A stretch of 64,000 bases of DNA, taken from Myxococcales bacterium (GTDB lineage: Bacteria; Myxococcota_A; Polyangia; Polyangiales; DASUME01). The notes under the pieces are model-generated. The model was not told the DNA's origin. It did not search any database and worked only from the letters and a program-made list of their open reading frames with translations. The position numbers were made by a program, and so were the translations under genes. Each line of letters opens with the position of its first letter. Position 1 is the first letter of the stretch. Below, one piece after another: positions 30,534 through 39,772 of the stretch. The DNA lies in the NCBI GenBank assembly GCA_047601445.1, contig JASGJH010000001.1, forward strand, positions 1,472,001-1,536,000, given 5' to 3'.

Positions 30534-32072
30534 TCACTGCGCGTTGCGCTGGAGGTTCCAGCTCACGCGCAGCTTGCTCATGTACTCGTCGTACAGGACT
30601 TTCTCGAGCGTGCCGCTGAGCGTATCCGGGTGCTCCGGATCGAGCGTGCCTTCGTAGTAGGTCTCGCTCACGGACTCACTCGACTCCAGCTCCCTGGTAC
30701 CAGAGTCATCCAGCACCTCGCCGCTGCAGAAGTGGGTGTACTTGTCCACCTTCACCTCCTGGCCGGCCAGCGGGATGTACGCCGCATCCACGCCGATGCT
30801 GTACTCACCGTCGTCGCCGACGTACACGTCGCCCGCCACGCTGCCCTCGTAGTGACCGATGTCCCAGCTCGCGATGGAGTACTCGAACAGGTGGCGCAGG
30901 ATCACGGGTCCGCCTGCCTGACAGATCTCGTGGACCTCCTTGCGCATGCTGCCGTCCTTCTCGTAGGAGACGTCCGAGATCTGCTGGAACGTGAGCTCGG
31001 TGCGGTTGCCATCGCGCTTGGTCACGCCGGTCACCGTGAACACGGTTTTGTGGCTGTAAGTATGGGTCTCGGAGCCCACGTAGCCGCTCTGGCCCTGGAC
31101 GGTGTGGCTGCCCCCGACTTCGTAGGCAATCGTTCCGGTCCACTTGGCCGAGTCGTCCTGCACGCGCACGTTGGAGACCAGGATCTGCGTCCCGAAGAGT
31201 TCGGTGACGGTGTCGCGCACGGTGACCGAGATGGCGACGGGATTGCTCGCGGGCGCGCTGCGAGGCGGCGTGTAGATGGCCCTGCCGCGCTGCTGCGACT
31301 CGCGGATGGTACCCACGCTTTCGTCGCCGCCAAGCACGCCGTTCACCGTCCAACCGTAGGCGATGGCGCTGAGGGACTCCTCGGACTCGCAGTCGTAGCC
31401 GAAGCTCACGCTGACGCCGTCCTCGCTCTCCTCGCTGGGTTCCAGGCAGCTCATGACGCGCAGCTCGATGGCTTCACCGATCTTCACTTCGCCCGAGACC
31501 GGCAGCAACGTGGCGCCCTTGATCAGCGACCAGTCGCTGAAATGGTCCGACGTCACGCGCACGCTGTGGGCGGCCGCGTCGAGCTCCACCTTGCGGTAGG
31601 CTCGCCAGATCCCCGCCTCGTCCTGGTAGGCCACACGCAAGAGCTCGGCGGACGATCCCAGTACGTCGGCGTCGTCGTACTGGAAGCCGATGCTCACAGG
31701 CTTCACGAAGTGAATCCCCGCAGGGCTGAGGCGAAAGCTCTTGCCCGTGTGCTGTGGGGACGTCGCCGCCACCTCCTGCACCCCGATCAGCTGCGGCTCG
31801 CTCAGCGCGCCCGCCGGAATGACGAGACTCAAGCGACCGTCACCCGAGTGCAGCTCGCCTCCTTCGGGGCCGACCATCTGCTGCAGCGCTTCACCGAGCG
31901 GATCGCCGTGCGCGACAGGCCCCGCGGACGGCCCTTGCCCCATGCCGTTGTCGACGTCGTGGAGGGGGCCACCGGCGCCTCCATCACCGCACGCCACGGC
32001 GAGCCAGGCCCATGCCGCGAGCCCCAGATTCAAACCAGCCTTATCGAGCCACAGCGCACGCATCTTCACCAA
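30534..32072 (-). CDS. Lipoprotein with a ZU5-like domain and a beta-rich C-terminal region
   Basis: Lipobox LAVAC, VGPEGGEL..LVIPAGAL..FRLSPAGIHFVKPVSI, DHFSDW motif. Confidence 0.75.
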   Translation of the reverse strand: MVKMRALWLDKAGLNLGLAAWAWLAVACGDGGAGGPLHDVDNGMGQGPSAGPVAHGDPLGEALQQMVGPEGGELHSGDGRLSLVIPAGALSEPQLIGVQEVAATSPQHTGKSFRLSPAGIHFVKPVSIGFQYDDADVLGSSAELLRVAYQDEAGIWRAYRKVELDAAAHSVRVTSDHFSDWSLIKGATLLPVSGEVKIGEAIELRVMSCLEPSEESEDGVSVSFGYDCESEESLSAIAYGWTVNGVLGGDESVGTIRESQQRGRAIYTPPRSAPASNPVAISVTVRDTVTELFGTQILVSNVRVQDDSAKWTGTIAYEVGGSHTVQGQSGYVGSETHTYSHKTVFTVTGVTKRDGNRTELTFQQISDVSYEKDGSMRKEVHEICQAGGPVILRHLFEYSIASWDIGHYEGSVAGDVYVGDDGEYSIGVDAAYIPLAGQEVKVDKYTHFCSGEVLDDSGTRELESSESVSETYYEGTLDPEHPDTLSGTLEKVLYDEYMSKLRVSWNLQRNAQ

Positions 32073-32117
32073 GTCTCCTTGGCTGCTTGGTACGGACGTC
32101 GCGCGCGCTCTCTCTTC

Positions 32118-33287
32118 CTAAGACTTTCCTATGTCGGCCTTACGCGCCCCGCCGACGGTCCCATGACGGCGCGCGATGGCCTCGGCGATGCGTCGCGCCT
32201 CACGGCCAATCTCACGCAACATGCCGGTAGGGGAGACATAGAAGCCGCAGACGTATAAGCCGGGCATGATCTCCGCCCCGCTCTGCCGGGGCGCCCCCTG
32301 ATCGAGCGGAGCCGAACGCGGCAAGAACTCGTCGAGCCCTGGCTTGAAGCCAGTCGCCAACACCAGCGCGTCGAATGCACGCGTGGATCCGTCGCTGAAG
32401 CGCAGGTGCCCCGGCGCCAGCGACACCACGCCCGGCACCACGCCGATGCGTCCCTCACGGATGCCACGCATGGTGCCCACGTCGAGCAGCGGAATGCGTC
32501 CCGTGCTGCGGATCTGGCCCAGCGGTCCGTAGGGCAAACGGCGCAGACCGAGGCGCTTGAGGGAGCCGAACGAGAGCCAGGAGACCAGCTTGCCGATGCC
32601 GTCCGCGAGCCAGAGCGGCAAGAGCCCTAGCACGATGGACCAGGCCAGGATCGGGATGCCCATGAAGTCACGGGGCACCACGTTGACGGGGCTGCGCACG
32701 GAGATGGCCGGGTGTGCACCGTGCTCCATCAGGTCCAGCGCGATTTCGCCGCCCGAGTTGCCGATGCCCACCACCAACACCGAGCGCCCCGCGAAGCTGC
32801 GCCCATTCCGATAGCTCGCGCTGTGCAGCACCGGTCCACCGAAGGCGTCGAGTCCCGGCCAGCGGGGCAGCACGGGAACACGCGCATAGCCGGTAGCCAC
32901 CACCACCTGGGCCGCACGAAACTGCTCGCCGTTGTCGCAGCGGATGGACCAGCGACCGTCAGGCTCGGAGGCGAGTGCGGTCACCTTACGTCCAAAGCGC
33001 GGGCTCAGACCGTGCGCATCCGAGTAGGCCTGGAGATAGCTCACGACCTGGTCGCGCGACGGGTAGCGCGGAACGTCGGCTGCAAAGTCCAGGTCTGGTA
33101 GCGTCGAGAGCGACTTGCTGGTGTGCAGGTGCAAGCGGTCGTAGCGGCCACGCCAGGCATCCCCCACCTGGTCGGCGCCCTCGAGCAGCTCGGTTCGCAG
33201 CCCAGCGCGCTTCAGACAGGCCGCACAGGCGAGCCCCGCGGCACCCGCACCGATGATCACGACATCCGTCTCCGTGGCTTCGACCAT
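32118..33287 (-). CDS. Flavin-containing monooxygenase (class B, FMO/YUCCA-like)
   Basis: GAGAAG, WRGRYDRLHLH, FGGPVLHSASY (FxGxxxHxxxY), GIGNSG, LATGF. Confidence 0.92.
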   Translation of the reverse strand: MVEATETDVVIIGAGAAGLACAACLKRAGLRTELLEGADQVGDAWRGRYDRLHLHTSKSLSTLPDLDFAADVPRYPSRDQVVSYLQAYSDAHGLSPRFGRKVTALASEPDGRWSIRCDNGEQFRAAQVVVATGYARVPVLPRWPGLDAFGGPVLHSASYRNGRSFAGRSVLVVGIGNSGGEIALDLMEHGAHPAISVRSPVNVVPRDFMGIPILAWSIVLGLLPLWLADGIGKLVSWLSFGSLKRLGLRRLPYGPLGQIRSTGRIPLLDVGTMRGIREGRIGVVPGVVSLAPGHLRFSDGSTRAFDALVLATGFKPGLDEFLPRSAPLDQGAPRQSGAEIMPGLYVCGFYVSPTGMLREIGREARRIAEAIARRHGTVGGARKADIGKS

Positions 33288-33410
33288 GCTTCACTCACTG
33301 GCTCAAGCGCGCGAAGAACGCGGGTTCGTGCTGCGGATCTCTCCCCATCACTGGGACAAGAGATGTGCGCTCCATGGTTCGGAAGCGCTGACAGGGCCCA
33401 CGCAAGGTGA

Positions 33411-33427
33411 CTGGCACCGCGCTCGCA
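33411..33427 (+). promoter_or_regulatory. Candidate sigma54 promoter
   Basis: CTGGCAC-CGCGC-TCGCA has GG-N10-GC spacing, upstream of the FkbM gene. Confidence 0.5.
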
Positions 33428-33499
33428 AGACGTCGCTGCTCCGCTCATTCTTTCGTCGAGCGCGACTCGATGCCACCGTTAGAATCGATCGGGGGTGCC

Positions 33500-34279
33500 A
33501 TGAGCCTGCGATTCAAGTTGGACCGTATCCGTCGTTACAGCGGCAGGTTGGGACTCCGCGAGGCGACGCGTCTCGAGCTGCTGTGGTCGACCCCAATTCC
33601 GCGCGTGGATGTGCGCGTGCCCGGGCACCACGAGCCCTTCACGCTGCGCCGTAGGGGCTCCGATTTGGCCGTCTTCGAGACGGTATTCGTGGAGCAGGAG
33701 CTGGCGCTCGAGCTGCCCCGTGCGCCACGCTTGATCATCGATGGCGGAGCCAACGTGGGACTGTCCACCGCCTTTTTCGCGCAGCGCTACCCGACCTCGC
33801 ACATCATCGCCGTGGAGCCCGACCGGACCAAGCTGCAGCTCCTACGGCGCAATTGCCGGGGCTACACCAATGTGAGCGTGGTCGAGGGCGGACTGTGGCC
33901 CGTGAGTGGCGCGCTGCGGATCGCCAATCCTCACGATGAGCCCTCGACATTCCGTTGCGAGCTCGCCGAACCAGGCTCGCCAGACACCTTCCCTGCCTAT
34001 GCCATCGCGGACCTGATCCGTCATGCGGGCTTCACCACCTGTGATTTGCTCAAGCTCGACGTGGAGGGCGCCGAAGAGTTCTTGTTCAACGACGCGAGCC
34101 CCTGGCTCGATCGTGTGCAGTGCATCCTGGTGGAGACCCACTCCGAGCGAGGGCATCGGGCCATGCTGGAGGCCTGCCCCAGCTCACGCTGGAACCGCGA
34201 CGTGCGCGGAGAGAAAGCGATCCTGATGGCGCGGAGGGACTTGCGGGAGGCGGAGCCGGTGACGCTAAAGGGGTTGTAG
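33500..34279 (+). CDS. FkbM-family SAM-dependent methyltransferase
   Basis: IIDGGANVG, IAVEP, LLKLDVEGAE, ILVETH. Confidence 0.9.
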   Translation: MSLRFKLDRIRRYSGRLGLREATRLELLWSTPIPRVDVRVPGHHEPFTLRRRGSDLAVFETVFVEQELALELPRAPRLIIDGGANVGLSTAFFAQRYPTSHIIAVEPDRTKLQLLRRNCRGYTNVSVVEGGLWPVSGALRIANPHDEPSTFRCELAEPGSPDTFPAYAIADLIRHAGFTTCDLLKLDVEGAEEFLFNDASPWLDRVQCILVETHSERGHRAMLEACPSSRWNRDVRGEKAILMARRDLREAEPVTLKGL

Positions 34280-34331
34280 CGGGCGAGCCTGAAGGATCAG
34301 CACGAACAGGGTACGCCGGCGGCCACTGGCC

Positions 34332-35591
34332 TCAAGGGCTGACCGACTGCTGCCAAAATACGACTTCCGAGTTGCGGTTGGCAACGAAGGACACGCCGCC
34401 GTCGTGGGAGATCACGATGGCCAAACCGTTGGGATGATCCTTCACGAAGCGATAGGCCGCGCGGTGACGGGTGCCGACGTTCTCGATGTCGTCTGGTACC
34501 AAGGACCCGCCCTCGGTGTCGAGCGCTCGGAAGACCTGCGTGGGCGCGGGCAGCTCGGCCGAGACTTCGGCGCCGAACCCGATCAGCCCGAAGCGTTTGT
34601 CGAGCACCACGGCTCCGTCGATCGCCGTGAGGTTGGCCACCAGCCGACTCAGCTCGAACACCCGCTGTTCGAGGCGCTCCAGACCTGGGCTCTGATCGAG
34701 CGCAAAGTCCGCCCACCCCACCGAGCTCTTGGTGCTGGCCGCGGCCACGTACTCGAGGATCTGAAAGAGCAGCGTGCGGTAGCGATAGGCCGGTTCGTCC
34801 GGCCCAAAGCGATACTTCAAGCGCAACCCGCCCAGCTCCGCCGCCCCTGAATCCGCCCGATCGACCACCAGGATCAACCCGCCGTGACGCGCCCCACGCA
34901 CGAGCTGGATCACACGGCGCAACATGTGCTGGCTCACGCGCCCAACCAGCGAATGCTCCGCCAGGGTGGGTGACACCGCCTGCGCCTGCAGCGCGGCGTG
35001 CTCGGCCTGGATGTGCTCCCGCTCCCGCGCGAACATCGCCGACAGCCACTCGGCGTCGAACACGTCGATCATCGCGTCCACCACCAAGCCACGCTCGAGG
35101 GCGCCGACGAGCTTGCCCGCGCAACGCACGGCGAGCTGCCCCGGCCCCGTGACGTGCACGATGGGATCGAAAGTCCAGTTGGGCACCACGCTGCGGCCGC
35201 CCCAGGTCGGGGCGAGCCAGGCCGGACCCGAGTGGGCGATACCCCAGATGCGCAGGCGCTTGTCCTCCACGTGAGCGCCGATCAAGGAGGTCTCGAATTG
35301 CGCGGCCGGGCTCAACCGGCGCAGCTCATCGGGCACCAAGGCACGGCTGCGATCGAAGCGCAGACGCAAGACGCCCTCGTTGGGCACACCGCCTTCGGGC
35401 AACGCGCTGAGCGGCGTGAGCAGCAGACGAAAGCGCGTGGGCCTCCCCTCCTCCGACGTGAGCGAAGCCTGAAACGCGGCGGAGAGGGCCTCGTCGAAGA
35501 GCTTGCTTTCGAGTGGAAAACCTTCCTGGGTGGGCCAATTGGCTTCCACGTAACGAGCCAGGTCGGGTGGATAGGCGTGTCCACGTGCCAT
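34332..35591 (-). CDS. DACNV-type N-terminal domain fused to a diadenylate cyclase (DisA_N/DAC) domain
   Basis: N-terminal AFQASLTSEEGRPTRF. DAC motifs HGGLILVV, AIDGAVVL, GFGAEV, GTRHRAA, VISHDG. Confidence 0.8.
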   Translation of the reverse strand: MARGHAYPPDLARYVEANWPTQEGFPLESKLFDEALSAAFQASLTSEEGRPTRFRLLLTPLSALPEGGVPNEGVLRLRFDRSRALVPDELRRLSPAAQFETSLIGAHVEDKRLRIWGIAHSGPAWLAPTWGGRSVVPNWTFDPIVHVTGPGQLAVRCAGKLVGALERGLVVDAMIDVFDAEWLSAMFAREREHIQAEHAALQAQAVSPTLAEHSLVGRVSQHMLRRVIQLVRGARHGGLILVVDRADSGAAELGGLRLKYRFGPDEPAYRYRTLLFQILEYVAAASTKSSVGWADFALDQSPGLERLEQRVFELSRLVANLTAIDGAVVLDKRFGLIGFGAEVSAELPAPTQVFRALDTEGGSLVPDDIENVGTRHRAAYRFVKDHPNGLAIVISHDGGVSFVANRNSEVVFWQQSVSP

Positions 35592-35639
35592 CTCCCAAGC
35601 ATGGCCCGAAGCCCCCCGCGCGCTACGCCGCGCCGGGCC

Positions 35640-35917
35640 AGGGTGAAGGACGGCTCCTAGTCGCCGTCGGAAGCGGCTTCCTTGGCGAGGGGATCTATTT
35701 GAAGGGGCAGCTCAACGACTATCAGTGTCCCTACGGCCAGACCTGCGAGCGCGACAACTCCCAGGGACGCCCTCAGCTCATCATCGGCTCGGTCACCATG
35801 CTCGCGAGCATCGTGGTGGGCGCCATCCTGACGACCAAGCGCGACCAGGCTTTCGCACGCGCCATGAAGACCTTCTCGCTCGATGCACCGCGACGCGACG
35901 TCAGCCAGGTGAAGTGA
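35640..35917 (+). other. Probable 3' gene fragment or small membrane protein
   Basis: Coding-like text LLVAVGSGFL..CPYGQTC..LIIGSVTMLASIVVGAIL (two hydrophobic segments flanking a Cys pair). No good in-frame start lies outside the DAC gene. Confidence 0.35.
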
Positions 35918-35929
35918 CGCAACGACGGC

Positions 35930-37180
35930 TCAAAAGCCGCCACACACATTCGGTACGCCACCGCCGCCGCACGTCTGCGGGTTCACGCACGCGCCGCAAT
36001 TCAGCTGCCCGCCGCAGCCGTCGGGAACGAGACCGCACTGAGCATTGAGTTCGTTGCAGGTCTTCGGTACGCAGGTCGGGATCCCGCTGTCGACGCCGCC
36101 ATCACGCGTCACGCCCGCGTCGGACATGGCCATGACTTCGCCGGTCGCAGGATCGCACGGGATACCGTCCGTGTACCCGAGGGTGCCGGCGTTGGGGTCG
36201 AGGCCTGCCTGGATTGGATCAGGGCAGCCGTAGCCGAAGTCGAACTCGGAGGTGCCCACCCGAACGCGGGTGAAGTCCGCGCTGCAACGGCCCGCGTAGG
36301 TGCAGCAACCGTGCAGCGTCGCTAGCCCGTCAACGCCATTCAGTTGGGTGGTGAAGAGGCCGTCGACAGCTCCCTGATCAAATCCATCGTCCGTCTGGTC
36401 CCAACGCGCACCGCAGCTGTCCGAAGCCACGCCGGGGGCGGCGGCCACCACGCAGCCCGGCGACCCCGGAAGGCTCTCGCCGTCGAGGCCGCACACGCTA
36501 TCCGCCGTGCAACAGGCCCTCAGGCTCCCGCCCGGGATGCTGCGCGGCCCGCAGCTCAGCGTGCCGCAGCGAATCACCGACGGGCCTGCGTCGTTCCCCG
36601 TGCCCGCGTCGGGCCTGGCGCCAGCATCGAGCCCTGCGTCCGTGCTGGCCACGGGCCCCGTCACTTCGATGAGCGCGTAGGGAGACAGATGCTTGGTGGT
36701 CCCCGACAGTCCCTTGGTCTGAGGGTCGAGCTTGCGGTCGGCGATGGGCACCCATTTGTCGTCCACCACCGTGGCCACCGCCAGGGTCTTCGGGTCCTTG
36801 GTCGCGCTCTCCTTGTCCGAGTCCACCTTGAGGGCGATGGTGACCGGCTTCTTGAACTGCGTCCCGCTCGGTCCGATTTCCCAGACTTGCCCGACCGAGC
36901 CATTCACGCTCGGTTCAGCCTTGCCCACCGTGATCTTCACGTCGCTGTCGAGCGCGCCCGCGGGGACGGCCACCGACAGCTCGCCCTTCGGGGTCGCGAT
37001 GGTGCCGCCGCCCACGCCAACCTCCTTCTCGACCACCACCACGATCACCGTATGCTCGCGCACGATGGTCTGACCGCCATCACAGCCCGCAGACGCAAAC
37101 AGGAAGATCGCCCAGAGCTGGACGCCCGCCCGCACCAGGCCGATTGCGTGCTTGGTGGTGGAGTTCGACAGGAGCTTCAT
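35930..37180 (-). CDS. Lipoprotein with a ZU5-like domain and a Cys-rich C-terminal region
   Basis: Lipobox SAGC, VGVGGGTI..VAVPAGAL..WEIGPSGTQFKKPVTI, KHLSPY motif. Ends in a myxobacterial CVPKTC..CG..DGCGG..CGGGG..CG repeat. Confidence 0.75.
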   Translation of the reverse strand: MKLLSNSTTKHAIGLVRAGVQLWAIFLFASAGCDGGQTIVREHTVIVVVVEKEVGVGGGTIATPKGELSVAVPAGALDSDVKITVGKAEPSVNGSVGQVWEIGPSGTQFKKPVTIALKVDSDKESATKDPKTLAVATVVDDKWVPIADRKLDPQTKGLSGTTKHLSPYALIEVTGPVASTDAGLDAGARPDAGTGNDAGPSVIRCGTLSCGPRSIPGGSLRACCTADSVCGLDGESLPGSPGCVVAAAPGVASDSCGARWDQTDDGFDQGAVDGLFTTQLNGVDGLATLHGCCTYAGRCSADFTRVRVGTSEFDFGYGCPDPIQAGLDPNAGTLGYTDGIPCDPATGEVMAMSDAGVTRDGGVDSGIPTCVPKTCNELNAQCGLVPDGCGGQLNCGACVNPQTCGGGGVPNVCGGF

Positions 37181-37277
37181 GCGGACGCCATGGTAACCCC
37201 AGCCGCCGTCCCACCCAAGACTCAGGTGATGAGTCCGATCGCTCCAGGGTCCAAAAACAGACTCTTACTGCGCAAGC

Positions 37278-38837
37278 TCACGCCTGGGCGGCCTCGGATG
37301 GCGTTCCTTGCCGGCCTCCTTCGTGGGCCAGATGCCCTGCCATGTACCCGCCAATCTCTCCCGGGTGGGTGTCCCGGGGCGCCCGTTCGAACACGATGTC
37401 GCCGTCGAAGATCACGCACAGGCGATCGGAGAGCTCCAGGAGCTCATCGAGATCCTCGCTGATCAACAGCACGGCGGCCCCACGATTGCGCGCGTCCACG
37501 AGGCGCGCGCGGATCTCGGCCGAGGTCGCGAAGTCGAGGCCGAAGCACGGATTGGCCACGATGAGTAGCTTGGCGTCCGATGCGAGCTCGCGTGCCAGCA
37601 CCGCGCGCTGGATATTGCCCCCCGAGAGATCGCGGATCGGTGACTCCGCCGAGGGAGCCTTCACATTGAAGGCCTCGATGGCGCGGGCCGCCTGCTGAGC
37701 GATGCGTGCCCGGGACACGAACCAGCGCCCGCGCAGGATGGGCGGCACGTCGTAGTCGCGCAGCACCAGGTTCTCGCTCACGCTCATGGCAGGGACCGCG
37801 CCGTTGTCGAGCGGCACCTCGGGTACCACGAAGACACGCTGACCGCGGAACTCCTCCCGCGTGGCCGAGAAGGACCGACCATTTACGCGGACCTCTCCCG
37901 CCCGCAGTCGGCGCTGGCCGCAGATCACCTCCACGAGCTCGCGTTGTCCGTTGCCCGACACGCCCGCGATGCCCACGATCTCGCCAGCGTTCACCGAGAG
38001 CGAGAGCCCACGCAGGGCCGGCGTGCCGGTGTCGTCCAGCGCCGTGAGCTTCTCGAGCTCGAGCCGCGGCTCGCTGTGCGTGCTCAGCGCGCGCGGCGCC
38101 GGACTGCGCAACGTGGCGTTGCCCACCATCAAGCGCGACATTTCGGGCACGTCGAGCTCGGCGATGGGGCGACTCGCGACCAGGGCTCCGCGGCGCAGGA
38201 TCGATACGTGGTCGGCATAACCCGTCACTTCACGGAACTTGTGCGTGATCATGACCACCGTCAGAGCCCCTTGCTGGGTCAGACCATGCAGCAGCGACAG
38301 CACTTCGTCGGACTCGCTCGGCGTGAGCACCGAGGTGGGTTCGTCCAGAAACAGCAAGCTGCGCTTCAGGTAGAGCTGCTTGAGGATCTCGAGCTTCTGC
38401 TTTTCCCCTGCCGACAGGCTGTGCACAGGCACCTTGAGCGGGACCCGGAACGGCATGCGCTCCATGAACGACGCGAGCTCGCTGTGCTCGCGTTTCCAAT
38501 CCACGACGGCGGGGACCTCGTCGCGCACCAGCACCAGGTTCTCGGCCACGCTCATGTTCTCCACCAGCGTGAAGCGCTGGTACACCATGCCGAGACCGCG
38601 CCGATGGGCCTCGCGCGTGTTGCGGAACGACACCTCCTGCCCATGCAGGGCGATGCTACCGGAGCTCGCCCCCTGGTAGCCGATGACGCACTTGACCAGC
38701 GTGCTCTTGCCGGCGCCGTTTTCCCCGAGGAGCGCGTGGAACGAACCCACCCGCACCTGCATCGACACGTCGTCGAGCGCCCTGAAGTCGCCGAAGCTCT
38801 TGGTGAGCCGGCGTAACTCGAGATGCGGTGGCGTCAT
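37278..38837 (-). CDS. ABC transporter ATP-binding protein (tandem NBD, CUT2/nucleoside type)
   Basis: GENGAGKST, LFLDEPT, ITHK, degenerate second Walker A GVSGNGQ, LSGGN, ISEDLDE. Confidence 0.93.
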   Translation of the reverse strand: MTPPHLELRRLTKSFGDFRALDDVSMQVRVGSFHALLGENGAGKSTLVKCVIGYQGASSGSIALHGQEVSFRNTREAHRRGLGMVYQRFTLVENMSVAENLVLVRDEVPAVVDWKREHSELASFMERMPFRVPLKVPVHSLSAGEKQKLEILKQLYLKRSLLFLDEPTSVLTPSESDEVLSLLHGLTQQGALTVVMITHKFREVTGYADHVSILRRGALVASRPIAELDVPEMSRLMVGNATLRSPAPRALSTHSEPRLELEKLTALDDTGTPALRGLSLSVNAGEIVGIAGVSGNGQRELVEVICGQRRLRAGEVRVNGRSFSATREEFRGQRVFVVPEVPLDNGAVPAMSVSENLVLRDYDVPPILRGRWFVSRARIAQQAARAIEAFNVKAPSAESPIRDLSGGNIQRAVLARELASDAKLLIVANPCFGLDFATSAEIRARLVDARNRGAAVLLISEDLDELLELSDRLCVIFDGDIVFERAPRDTHPGEIGGYMAGHLAHEGGRQGTPSEAAQA

Positions 38838-38845
38838 GGCTTCCT

Positions 38846-39772
38846 TCATTCGTTGAGGCTCAGTTCGCGCGGTGCGCCTGCCAATCTGCGCTCCGGCGAG
38901 CAGGTGAGGATCATGATCAGCAGCGTGAGCAACGCCGGCGCCGCCGCGAAGAGGTGATGGCTCACCGTGATGCCCGCAGCCTGCAGCGCGGGCCCGAGCG
39001 AGCCGGCCGCCCCGTAAAGCAACGAGGCGTAGAGGCAGTACACGGGGTTCCAGCGCGCGAAGATCACCAGCGCGACGGCGATCAACCCCTGACCGCTCGA
39101 GAGCCCTTCGTTCCAGACGCCCGGATAAAACAGCGAGAGCGACGCGCCGCCCACGCCCGAGAGAAAGCCGCCGGCACTCGTGGCCCACAGGCGCACCCGA
39201 CGTACGTCGTAGCCAAGGGCATTCGCGGCGTCCACGCTCTCGCCGGCCACGCGCAACACCAGGCCCAGGCGTGTACTGCGCAGCAGCCAGGCGAGACACG
39301 GAGCCAACACCAGCCCCAGCAGGAACAGTGGATTGATGCTGAGTGCTTCGCGCAGCGCGGGCGCCACGCCGGAACCCGCGAGCTGCACGGCTGGCAGCGC
39401 CGGTGCTTGAGGCTGGATCAGAGGCTTGCCCAGGTAGAATGCTAGACCCGTCCCAAACAGCATCATGGCGATGCCCACTGCGATGTCGCTGACGTGCTCG
39501 CGGCTGCAAAGCCAGGCATGCAGCGCCCCGCTGAGCACGCCGCACAGGCCCGCGGCGAGCACCCCAAGCCAGGGCGAGCCCGTGTGCAGGGATACGCCGT
39601 AGGCGCCCACCGCCCCCAACATCAAGGTGCCCTCCAGGCCGAGATTGATGCGCCCGGCCTTCTCCGTGAGCGTCTCACCGAGGCTGACGAATAGATACGG
39701 GGTGCTCGCTCGGATCATGCCGCCCAGCAGCGCCACCCCGATGCCCCACAGGCCCATGCTCTCGCCGCTCAC
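38846..39772 (-). CDS. ABC transporter permease (BPD_transp_2)
   Basis: LGETLTEKAGRINLGLEG, GQGLIAVALVIFARW, multiple TM helices. Confidence 0.92.
   Translation of the reverse strand: MSGESMGLWGIGVALLGGMIRASTPYLFVSLGETLTEKAGRINLGLEGTLMLGAVGAYGVSLHTGSPWLGVLAAGLCGVLSGALHAWLCSREHVSDIAVGIAMMLFGTGLAFYLGKPLIQPQAPALPAVQLAGSGVAPALREALSINPLFLLGLVLAPCLAWLLRSTRLGLVLRVAGESVDAANALGYDVRRVRLWATSAGGFLSGVGGASLSLFYPGVWNEGLSSGQGLIAVALVIFARWNPVYCLYASLLYGAAGSLGPALQAAGITVSHHLFAAAPALLTLLIMILTCSPERRLAGAPRELSLNE

Noticed and set aside
25293..33287. LOG plus YUCCA-like FMO as a cytokinin/auxin pathway
   Set aside because: The genes are 6 kb apart, on opposite strands and separated by unrelated genes. Both families are common in bacteria, and there is no ipt or aminotransferase.
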